The notes under the pieces: model-generated | The model's database searches: none | What the model saw: the letters and a program-made list of their open reading frames with translations, nothing else | Told to the model about the DNA's origin: nothing | Part shown: positions 1 to 10,540 of the stretch, one piece after another | Layout of the letters: each line of letters begins with the position of its first letter | Numbering within the stretch: the first letter of the stretch is position 1 | Translations under genes and position numbers: made by a program | Source of the DNA: Octopus vulgaris | Lineage: Eukaryota | Direction: 5' to 3' | Length of the DNA: 64,000 bases | Assembly (NCBI GenBank): GCA_951406725.2 | Contig: OX597824.1 | Location: forward strand, 66,092,001 to 66,156,000

Positions 1-617
1 ATGGTTACCCTTTTTGCAGTTGAGTACATATAAGCTTTGGAATTCTCCAATTTGTGATATTTCTCAATTCGTTCAAATTTTGCATTGACAAAATTAAATT
101 GTTTTTATCATTAGAAATTTTTTTCATTTATTCAAATTTTTATTTGTTTCTAAAAAGAAAATTGAATTCAAATCAATTTTCAATTTCCAATGAGTTTTAA
201 ATAGCAAAAAAAAACCCAACAAAAACAAAACAAAAAAAAAGACAAAAAAAAATCAGACATTGCTATCTTTGAAACAAATGTTATAATTGTTGACATCATA
301 TAAACTTTCAAGAGAAGGTGAAATAATTAGTTTTGGAACAATGGATCTCAATGCTCACATACGCATAGAGCTATAAATAAGCTTGTAAATATTGAATTGA
401 AAATCCACTTTTGGATATAAAAATTCAAAAGCTACCTTTATGACAAGAACCCACATCCCCTGTAGACATGACAGGCTTTCTACCATTGAACCAAATCAGT
501 CCTTTGAATTTCTCTATTCATTTTAGTAAATTTATTCTTACCAGTGAAAATTGTATGCTGTTGACAGCCACCTTTGAATTTTTCTATCTAACCCATTATC
601 TATATGCTCTTGTATAT

Positions 618-935
618 GTAGCTTAGTGGTTAGGGGTATTCAGCTCATGACCATAAGGTCATGAGTTCAATTCCTGGCAGTGGCGTTGTGTCCTTGAGCA
701 AAGCACTTTATTTCACATCGCTCCAGTTCACTCAGCTGGCAGAACTGGATAGTACCTGTATTTCAAAGGGCCAGTCTTGTTACATTTTGTGTCATGCCGA
801 ATCTCTCTGAGAACTACATTAAGGGTACATGCATCTATGGAGTGCTCAACCACTTGCACGTTAATTTCATGAGCAGGCTGTTCTGTTGGTTGGATCAACT
901 GGAACACTCATCGTCATGACCAACAGAGTGCTAGT
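618..935 (+). mobile_element. tRNA-derived SINE
   Basis: A-box-like GTAGCTTAGTGGTT and B-box-like GAGTTCAATTCC head, then a GTGTCCTTGAGCAAAGCAC core; similar pieces recur near 33790 and 59950. Boundaries approximate. Confidence 0.7.
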
Positions 936-1103
936 TATTATTTATAGCTTTATGTGCTTCAATATCCACTGTTCCAAAACAGAAATGTTTTTTTTTTGTT
1001 CTGTTGTTTGCAGCTGTTTTGTACATAGTTCCAGGGTGGCCAGTTGTGAACAAACTATCTTATGTAGTCTCTGTCTGCCCGTCTCTCTCTCTCTCTCATT
1101 TAG

Positions 1104-1513
1104 CCCAAATACCTTTCGTGTTGTTTGCTATAATGAAGACAGTAATGTAAGAAAATACCCAGATACATCTCCTGCTATTCGGGCCCAGGATCCACTTGGA
1201 ATCTATGGAAACAAGCGTCCAAATATTTTGTCTTATGATACTAAGGTCCTGTCTTCATCACTGTATGATTACCGTGCCAATAATCCTTACCACAAGACTT
1301 GTGGCTTTCTGAGACAAAACTACCACATGCTCAACAGACCAGTATGTTATATGCAGACAGAGGGTCAGCCTGAAGGACACTGGATAGCACCAACCCTTCA
1401 TCAAGAGAAATTTCCACAACCACCATATGGACATGGTACAATTTCTCGAAGAGATTACTCTACCTTTGCCGTGTCAGCAAGTAGAAAAGTAGAGAAGGAC
1501 AAGATGAAACCAT
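1104..1513 (+). CDS. C2orf73: C2orf73/CIMIP6-like protein, first coding exon seen in window (phase 2 to 1)
   Basis: Acceptor ctctctcatttag|C, donor CCAT|gtaagt. Encodes NNPYHKTCGFLRQNYHMLNRPVCY...HW...QPPYGHGTISRRDY, resembling C2orf73-family motifs as I recall them (F..TN....NEP, WW, PPYD..ST.R.DF). An in-frame alternative acceptor lies at 1013/1014. Start codon not identified. Confidence 0.78.
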
Positions 1514-2354
1514 GTAAGTTTTGTTGTTTTTATTTAGCCCCGGGTCTTCCTTGCTTAAGTAGACTTATGATCAAAGACATTCCAGCAGTGACCATCATAC
1601 CTTTTTTTTTTCATTTATTCAAATTTTTATTTTGTCTAAAAAGAAAATTAAATTCAAATCAATTTTCAATTTCCAATGAGTTTTTTTTTTCATACATGGT
1701 TATCCAACGTATCATCCATTCTCATTTGATATAGTAGAATGGGTATTTGACTGCTATTTCTGCATAGAAGCTTCTTCATTTTGCTGTTCATATGTAATGT
1801 GTCTTTGTTTTGATACTTTTTCCATTGATCTTCAAACATGGGCCCCATCACAGAGCTGTATCCTCCTTTTCTACAGCTTCCTACAACAATCCATGCTTCT
1901 CTAAAAACTGCTGACTATATTATCACTAACCCCATCTTAACCCATTCTTTTCGTTTGGTTCCTTTTCTGCCTTCAAAAGTTTGCAATAACGTATTCTGCA
2001 TATAAAGATCAGGTGGCAGTATTACACTGGTGATAAAGTCTACCACCCTATTACAAGGATGATAGTGATGATGGTGTAGTGTAAACTACTGGTAATTTCT
2101 AAATGTATTCTACTGTTATTTACATGAAATACATTTCAGTTGATAGAAATGTGTAAATATGTTAACAATATTTAGTTTTGTTATTTTATGTAAGCTGTGT
2201 GGTAAGAAGTTTGCTTCCCAACCACATTGTTTTTGTTCAGTCCCAACGTGGGTCACATTTGACAAACGTCTTTTACTATAGCTCTGAGCCAATCAAAACC
2301 TTATCAGTGGATTTGACAGATGCCTGTTGTGTGTGTGTGTGTGGGTGTTAGCTA

Positions 2355-2521
2355 CTACACACATTTTTTTTCTCTCCTTGTTTTTTTCTGTGTATCTTTC
2401 TGTAGAAGAGCGTAGGCTCGAAACGTAAAAGACTTTTTCTATTCCTGAGCGTTATACTAATACATCTGTTTGTTTTGTACACCACCTGCCTTTGTCTTTT
2501 GTTTATTTTCGTAAACTTTCC

Positions 2522-2525
<4 letters not shown>
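2355..2525 (+). mobile_element. Penelope-like terminal-repeat remnant with minimal hammerhead-like motif
   Basis: About 170 bp homologous to 49300-49475; contains GAAGAGCGTAGGCTCGAAACGT; ends in (TA)n. Confidence 0.5.
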
Positions 2526-2562
<37 letters not shown>

Positions 2563-2564
<2 letters not shown>

Positions 2565-3779
2565 GGGGTTGGACAAAATAATGGAAACGCCTAGCATCAT
2601 AGCATTATAATTTTGAAATATCTATAAAACCATCAAAAGCTTGTTTATTTTTGTTTTTTGATTTATTGTTAGTGTTGCTTAATATGTTTTGCTAAAGCTG
2701 CTGTTTCTTTTCAGATATCATCAGAAAAAGGTAATTAAAATTCATTAAAAAAAACAGATCTATCGGACTTTCAAAGAGGTCAAATTGTTGGTGCTCATAT
2801 GGCAGGTGCTAGTGTAACAAAAACAGCTGAAATGTTTGGTGTATCAAAAAGTACTGTATTGAAAGTAATGACAGTCTTTGAGAAGGAGGGAAAAACCTCC
2901 TTTTTGAAACAAAACTTTTGGAAGAAAACCAAAACTTTCAGATCAGGACTATCAGACTCTTATGCGAATTGTTAGAAAGGACCACAAAATTACAGCTCCC
3001 AAAATTACTGCAGAGCTTAATGACCACCTCAGGAACCCAGTTTTCTCTAAAACTGTTTGCTGGGAGCTGCACAAAGCTGGATTTCATGTGGGAGGGTTGC
3101 AATCAGAAAACCACTACTTTAGAGCAGTGGAAGAATGTTATTTTCTTGGATGAGTCACCCTTTACTTTATTTCTGACCACTGGTGAGTATATGTGTGGAG
3201 ATGGCCAAAAGAAGCATTTTACCCAGACTGCCTTCTCCCACCTGTTAAACATGGAGGAGGATCTGTGATGATTTGGTGGGGCTATATCTTGGAAATTCGC
3301 TGGCCCAATGGTTTCCCTTCATGGTAAAATTAATAGTCAAGACTATTTAAGCATTTTATCTGATCAAATTCATTCTATGGTTGTGGAACAGTTTCTGGAG
3401 GGAAACACAATCTTTCAGGATGATAATGCAGGAATTGATACAGATACCGTTGTTACTGAATGGCACGAAGAACATTCAAGTGAAGCTGAACATCTTACCT
3501 GACCACCACAGTCCTCAGATCTCAATATTATTGAACATTTATGGTGCATTTTAGAAAAACAAGTAAGAAGTCGATATCCTCCACCATCATCACTACAAGA
3601 ACTGGAGACTGTTTTAGCTGAAGAATGGACAAAAATTCCTTTGGAAACAATTCAAACTTTGTATGAGTCCATACCTCATAGAATTGAATCTGTAATTATT
3701 GCAAAAGGCAGTCCTACCCCATATTAAAATAAATCTGTTTGAAATTTGAAGGTGTTTCCATTATTTTGTCCATCTCCTG
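2563..3779 (+). mobile_element. Full-length decayed Tc1/mariner DNA transposon, DD36E spacing (Incomer-like)
   Basis: About 30-bp TIRs: CAGGGGTTGGACAAAATAATGGAAACGCCT and AGGTGTTTCCATTATTTTGTCCATCTCCTG. Transposase remnants DLSDFQRGQIVGA, WKNVIFLDESPF, FQDDNA...*PPQSSDLNIIEHLW, with frameshifts and stops. Sits in a TA/CA microsatellite. Confidence 0.93.
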
Positions 3780-3869
3780 TGTGTGTGTGTGTGTATATAT
3801 ACATATATATATATATGTATGTATGTATGACACCTTGTCTGTTAATATCTTACTGAAAGAAGTAATATA

Positions 3870-4265
3870 GGCGCAGGAGTGGCTGTGTGGTAAGTAGCTT
3901 GCTTACCAAGCACATGGTTCCGGGTTCAGTCCCACTGTATGGCACCTTGGGCAAGTGTCTTCTATAACCTCAGGTCGACCAAAACCTTACAAGTGGATTT
4001 GGTTGACGGAAACTGAAAGAAGCCCATCATATATATATATATATATTTATGTGTTTGTGTGTCAGTGTTTGTTCCCCCACCATCGCTTGACAACTGATGC
4101 TGGGGTGTTTTATGTTCCTGTAGCTTAGTGGTTCAGCAAAAGAGCCAATAGAATAAGTGCTAGGCTTACAAAGAATAAGTCTTGGGGGCAATTTCTTCAC
4201 CTTTAAGGTGGTGTTTCAGCATGGCTGCAGTCAAATGACTGAAACAAGTAAAAGAATAAAAGAAT
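3870..4265 (+). mobile_element. tRNA-derived SINE with internal microsatellite
   Basis: Head GGAGTGGCTGTGTGGTAAGTAGC...GGTTCAGTCCCACTG and body GGCACCTTGGGCAAGTGTC; related copies near 2195, 16148, 31870, 38820, 56475. Confidence 0.8.
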
Positions 4266-4807
4266 ATATATATGTGTGTGTTGGGGGGGGGGGTCTGTGT
4301 GTCACTATCCCATACCACTTGACAATTGATGTTGGTTTGTTTATGTCCACAGAACCTAGTGGTTTGACAAAAGCGACTGATAAAATAAGCATCAAGCTTA
4401 AAGAAAAAGTGCTGGTGTAGATTTTTTGACTAAAAACCTTTCAAGATGGTACCCAAACATAGCCACAGTCCAATGACTGAACCAGGTATAAGATAGCAGA
4501 TATGTTATCTGGGTTTAAAATCTAATCAATGTAAAATTCAAGACATCATCTATCACTTACAACTTGTAATTTCACTAGGCACAGTTACAGACGTCACATA
4601 TCTCATTTGCTCATTGTATCCTTTGCTAATTAGAAGTTGTAGCACTATTGTCTTCCATTGGTCTTGACTGTGGTTTTTGAATTTATAAAGTGAACACCAG
4701 TAATATATTTAGGTTATTCAGTTGGTAAAATGTTTCCCTTATAAGCAAGGAAATTATAACTCTTTGTCTCATTAAAATAATTAATAGTTTATTACCTGCT
4801 ATTACAG

Positions 4808-4917
4808 ACAAACTGAAAGCCCCATGGGACAAGACAGATGATAGTTTGATTGAAAAGATTTCCTATGAACATTGCTATGATTGTCGGAAAAAGATAAACT
4901 ACCCCATCCGTGGAAAG
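4808..4917 (+). CDS. C2orf73: C2orf73/CIMIP6-like exon (phase 1 to 0)
   Basis: attacag|AC ... GGAAAG|gtgagt; 110 nt. Encodes (Y)KLKAPWDKTDDSLIEKISYEHCYDCRKKINYPIRGK, matching the family motif E.IS..H.YD.R...N.P..GK; phase fits both neighbours. Confidence 0.82.
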
Positions 4918-5176
4918 GTGAGTTACCATTGCTATGGATTGTTTCGCTATGCCATCTGATAGTATATTTTCTATATGAATGTTCCTTTAGAGTCTGATCC
5001 TTTTGATACCAATCTGCCCCTGGCTCTATGAAGCAAACTTGATAGAACATTTTAAAGCAGTCTAAGTTAAAACCATCCATCAAAATTTCATGTTAATTTA
5101 TGTTTCAAGCACCAGTTTAATAATGACAAAGTTATTTTACTAAATTTACTCATTTTCAAAAGTAATTGAAACAAAG

Positions 5177-5406
5177 GCGGTGAGCTGGCAGAAACGTTAG
5201 CACGTCAGGCGAAATGCGTAGGCGTATATCGTCTGCTGTTACGTTCTGAGTTCAAATTCCGCCTAGGTTGACTTTGCCTTTCATCCTTTCGGGGTCGATT
5301 AAATAAGTACCAGTTACGCACTGGGGTCGATGTAATCGACTTAATCAATGTGTCTGTCCTTGTTTGTCCCCTCTGTGTTTAGCCCCTTGTGGGTAGTAAA
5401 GAAATA
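5177..5406 (+). mobile_element. tRNA-derived SINE (GCCTTTCATCCTTTCGGGGTCGAT core family)
   Basis: GGCGGTGAGCTGGCAGAAACGTTAG head, GAGTTCAAATTCC B-box, conserved core; CpG-rich and close to the copy at 6526-6736. Confidence 0.85.
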
Positions 5407-6525
5407 GGCAGCAGCAAAATCTCTTTTAGGTCACATCATCATCATCTTCTTCATCATTTAATGTCCACTTTTGTATGCTTGCATGGGTTAGACAATTCAT
5501 TGAGACAGATTATCTTTGGGCCAGATGCCTTTACTGTCACCAACCCTCACTTGCTTCCAAGCAAGGTAATGTTTCCTCATGGCCAGACATGTTTTTCATG
5601 GAAGACTGGAAATAAACAAAATTGCTTGAATGATGATACTTATTTACAACCAACACATGATGTAAAGACAAGGGTACATATACACACAGGGTTGGTGCTA
5701 GGAAGTATGTGGCCCAATTAAAGAAATGTCAGCAAGGCCCTCTAATATACAAAAGCTGAAGATTGATGTTTTATGTAGTATGCCAGTCCTAGCAAAAAAG
5801 CATTGAGGGTTTGAAACTTCACCATTAGCCCATATGATATACTAAAAACTTTTAATAGCATCCTCCACTCAAGCATGTGCATGAGGCCTTCTCTTGGTGA
5901 GGGTCCCGATTTGAACAAATCTGTCTAATTGACTTAAAACTGGCTCTGCACACACGCATGCATGCACAAGGCTTCTTTCAGTTTCTGCCTACCAAATCCA
6001 TTCACAAGTTTTGGTCAACCCTATATTTTAACTAACACAGAAAACATTACATGATGCCACTCTAGAAACTTAGAAGGAAACCATTAAAAACAACTGAATA
6101 GTCATGGATTAAATGCTTTTGATAAATCAAGATTGACCGGGGATAAAACAATGTCTATCAAACTAATACACTGATTGTCTCATAAGCCCAAGAGGAATCC
6201 ACTACAATAAAGCAATATGGCCACTAGAATAAAGCAACCAAATTTTCTCATGTCACACCCTACTGTCTTCATGCAGAGAGGACACATTAGACAATGTAGT
6301 TCTAAATATACAAAAAAAGACAGAATATTCAAGGCTGAATTGCCTTTCATTGTAGATCTTTTTGAACAGGGGTTAAACAAAATCAAGAAAACATTAATAA
6401 GTACAGCACACAACAACAACTTTTGTGATGGTGGTAGATGAAGATGAGTTTCATAACCTATTGGAATTTTGAGTAACCATCATGACTTCTTGGGTTAAGC
6501 TGTGTGGCAGAGGTCAGCTACCTCT

Positions 6526-6736
6526 TATGGTGAGCTGGCAGAAATGTTAGTGTGCCAGGTGAAATGCTTAGTGGTATTTCATCTGCCGCTATGTTCTGAG
6601 TTCAAATTCCGTCGACTTTGCCTTTCATCCTTTCGGGGTTGATTAAATAAGTACCAGTTATGCACTGGAGTCGATATAATCGACTTAATCTGTTTGTCTC
6701 CTCTGTGTGTAGCCCCTTGTGGGCAGTAAAGAAATA
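6526..6736 (+). mobile_element. Young SINE with 17-bp target-site duplication
   Basis: Same family as 5177-5406, flanked by perfect AGAGGTCAGCTACCTCT at 6509-6525 and 6737-6753. Confidence 0.9.
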
Positions 6737-7289
6737 AGAGGTCAGCTACCTCTCCAAGCTATACTCACAGGAACATGCTAACGAGGGTGGCTATTATGTG
6801 GTTGTTTGACAGCCTAAAAATTGCTGCCAAATCTCCCACAAATCATACCCTACTGTTTTATATAAAGAAGGATAAATTGGGCAATGCAATTCCTGATATA
6901 CAGAATTACATATGGTTACATATGAATTGCTTTGATCAAGGTTAACCTAGGATCAAGCATTATTAACAATACTTATGGGAAAATATTGAGCTGAGCTAAC
7001 AAAATACAGTAATGAGCTTTATCAACCTATGGTATTGACTCAGGAACTGATGGGCTGACCGTTCAACAATATAACTCAATGTTAGTGATAGAGAAGCAAA
7101 ACATTAAACCCTTCACTGGTGGTTCAATACCCAATTAGCTCTGCTAGTTAGTTGATGATTGATTAAAATGGAAGACAGAAAAGAAAAGCAAATGACTGAG
7201 GCCATGCTGGAGTCCCACATTCAAAAGAATAGTTAATTATATTGTGTGTGTGTGTGTGTATTTGACTTGCTCTTGGTTTATTGACCTCA

Positions 7290-8730
7290 GAAAAATGTGG
7301 ACTACTTAGGCCATAGTGCAGACATCTTAGCTTGTTTGGATTCCTGGCAGAACACAGGCTCTTCACATTGGTCTTTTAATGCATCTTGTCTTGTACTTTT
7401 CATTTTAATTGATTCCAGTATTATCCCTGTTGTTTTCAATACCTTTTCTACTAATGTCTATAAGGTGATAGCCAATAGGTCTTTGTTATTCATAATTTCT
7501 GGAAATCTAATATTTAGGATATTTCAGAGACGCCTCTTAATGAATACCTGCAGCTTTCTGAGAATACATGCAAACTTGGCACCCTACAGCAGGACATATT
7601 TGATATTGCTATTGAAAATTCTTGGTTTAATATGTCTAGATAGAGATTTCACCTTCATGACAGACTTTGAAACATTGAAGGCTTAATTTAGTCTTCCATG
7701 TCTTAGTTTGGAGCCCTTCAGCTGTGAACACACTTCATAGATATTTGATTTTCAACCATGGCAGCACCAGAGGCATCACTTTGAATTTTTATGATCTGTT
7801 TTTCCAATGATAACCTTCTGTCCAAGTTTCACTGCTATTTCTGTTAGCCTGTCTGTCTTTTTCTGCATATCTCAAACATAGTGGTACACCAGAAAAATGT
7901 CTTCTCTATAGTCTAGATCTGTAGACTTGCACTTTCAGCCTGCATAGTTTGACATATCACCCAGTAAATTGGTGTCATGAAGATCATTGGTGATGACAAG
8001 CACTTGTGTATCACTTTACAATGAATGATATTAGTGAGTGCGATGAAAATTCTGTAATGGTGGATTAGACCCTTAAATCACTTTCCTGTTAATACTATCA
8101 AAATCTTTTCCAAAGCTGAAGCTGAGAAAGAGAGGAGCCTGCTATTTTTGCAACTGTTCAGTGATAATCAAAAGTGTAAGACTCTGGTTATAAAACTATC
8201 CCTCCATAAATCATGCTTACTCTGCTCTTAATATGGCTTGTATGGAATTTTTCAGTCTTTCAAAAGTGATTTTTACAAGTACCTTGATACTGACTGAAGC
8301 ATAATACCTCACCAGTTCTTATTCTCACTTTTATTGGTACTTTCATCAGATAGCCTTCCTTCCTTTCCTTGAACACTCTGCCTTCCATCCATATCTGCTT
8401 TAGTAGGGGGTGGGGAGTAGCCTAAAAAATTCATGTGGAACTCTGGTCCTGCAGCTTTTCTGATTTTCAACATCTCTGGAGGATTTTATGATTTTATAGT
8501 TTATGTTTTTTTTTTGGAGGCAAAAGTAGACAATGTGGATCTGCATGTGGGTAGGGGCCCATTGAACAGTTTAAGGAAGCGTTCAGTCCATCTTACCTTC
8601 TCTGATGCCTTTGTTATTTACTGTCCTGATGTGCTTTTAACTGGTTTGGATCTACTTGAACATATTTCAATTAACATTCTTGAGATATTGTACAAGATTC
8701 TGCAATTTCCTTTTTGTGAAGCTTTCTCTA
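7290..8730 (-). mobile_element. Degenerate LINE ORF2 fragments (RTE-like near 7480-7640; RT-like remnants further right)
   Basis: Minus-strand remnants RIFNSNIKYVLL, KLQVFIKRRL.NILNIRFPEIMNNKDL and KAAGPE; many stops and frameshifts. Boundaries approximate. Confidence 0.6.
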
Positions 8731-10414
8731 CTACTACTACATCATCATCATCATCATTATTTAATGTCATTTTCCATGCTGGCATCATTGATGACAATTC
8801 TCATGGCAGGCTCTTTTGTCTTTCTTTGCACTTCTTTTTACCGTCTTGTTAGCAGTAGTTTATTTCCAATCCATAAAGTGACACAAATGCCACCAGATTG
8901 GTAAATTAGAAAACTAAATAGACCACATCACTATTCCCATAAAATGGAGGTCTAGCTTGATTGCTACTTGATTGATGAAAGGAGTGGATATAACATTGGA
9001 CTACCATTTGGTGTTAAGAAAAACCAAAATAAGGCCTTCAAAGATGTCAGTGATAAGCCATGCTACAAATGCAACATCCAGAATCAGAGGATGAAACAAA
9101 AGAAGCTTTTCTTTTACACTAAGAAAATAGGTTCAAAGTACTACAGTGTATCACAGACAACACATCAATAGATGAATATTGGTTTCAAATTATGGCACAA
9201 GGCCAGCAATTACGGGTGAGGGAGAAAATCGACCTCAGTGCTCAGTTGATACTTATTTTATGGATCCTGAAAGGGTGAAAGACAAAGTCAGCATGACAGA
9301 ATTTGTCCTCAGAACATAAAAGCAGATGAGATACTGCTAAGCTTTTTGCCCAGCTTACTGCCTTCAACGGATGAATATTGGTAGTCTACAAAGAAACATG
9401 CACAGGAGTCCTTAGAAATAGGAAAAATGAGCAAAAAGAATGGCTCTCTGGTGGCACTTGGGAGCTAATAATAAGAAAAAATAATTAAAACTCTTCATGA
9501 ATGAACTGAATACAATACACGAAATGTATCTAGGATAGCAGTAACTCCAAATAAAAACTGATGCTGAGTAGAAAGGATTGAATCTTGCTGCAGACACTCT
9601 TTCTAGTGCTGGTGGCATGTTAAAATGCATCCAGTTTGTGTTGCAATGTGGTTGGTGACAGCAATGACATCCAGGGATAAAAAGCTATGTTCTGCTTCTC
9701 TCAGAAAAATATATTGACATAAACCAGGACAAAACTGGTGTTTTCTGTGTTGCTGTGTGTTCTAGAAAATGAAGAACTGTGGGTGAGTGGTAAAACTCTT
9801 CCTATCAATGCCAACGACTTGGGAAAAAAAAAAACAATGTAAAATGAAGAGTATATTAGTTGGTAGATGCCATAATGCAATGCAGAACAAACCTCTGTAT
9901 TTCAGTCAACTCCGTGCGTAAAATAATTAAACTTTTAATTAGCATGGTTATTAGAGCAAGTGTAGGATAAATTGTCTTATGATATTTGTCCTAGCTCTCT
10001 ATACTGAGTTCAAATCTTGCTAAGGTCAACTTTGGTTTTGGTAAATAAATATTCAAGTCTTGAGGATAGTTTGTCTCCTTTCTTTCCGAACTACAAAACA
10101 GCATCTTGTTAAAAGCATCCAAAGGAAAGCAGGGGAAAACCACCTTTGTATCTCACACAAAATTTCCATGACAAGCATTGTGTGTGTATGTCAAGAAAGT
10201 TACCAGTAGCCATTCATTGGCCTGATGCTAGAAAGAAGGAAGTCTTTTTGGCAGTAAAGATTCAGATTTACTCTTATATAAACTAATAATTTACTGAAGA
10301 AGTCTGTAGATACCTTTAATGAAGTCTTGAATTAGATAAGAGATAGTATTAGGAACTAACGCAATATAATAGACAATTTCTTTAATTTTAACAATTTCTT
10401 TATCCCACATTTAG

Positions 10415-10540
10415 CGCCATGGTGCTTTTACTTGGAAAATGCTACCAAAGGAAATTAGTGAAAAACAAGAGCAGAAGAAAGAACCAATCTTTTTAACTGA
10501 TGAAAATTGTAAAATCACTGTTAAGGAAGATACTATATAA
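10415..10540 (+). CDS. C2orf73: C2orf73/CIMIP6-like terminal coding exon
   Basis: tttctttatcccacatttag|CGCCATGGTGCTTTT encodes RHGAFTWKMLPKEISEKQEQKKEPIFLTDENCKITVKEDTI*; completes the GK|RHGAF motif across the junction. ATTAAA at 10563-10568 is a candidate polyA signal. Confidence 0.82.
   Translation, partial: RHGAFTWKMLPKEISEKQEQKKEPIFLTDENCKITVKEDTI

Noticed and set aside
618-700. tRNA-like sequence here and at many similar heads
   Set aside because: These are SINE heads continuing into repeat bodies; no complete cloverleaf could be drawn.
886-1734. 282-aa ORF as a single-exon gene
   Set aside because: Its start lies in a SINE and its end runs past a GTAAGT donor into repeat sequence; only 1104-1513 (possibly from 1014) looks exonic.
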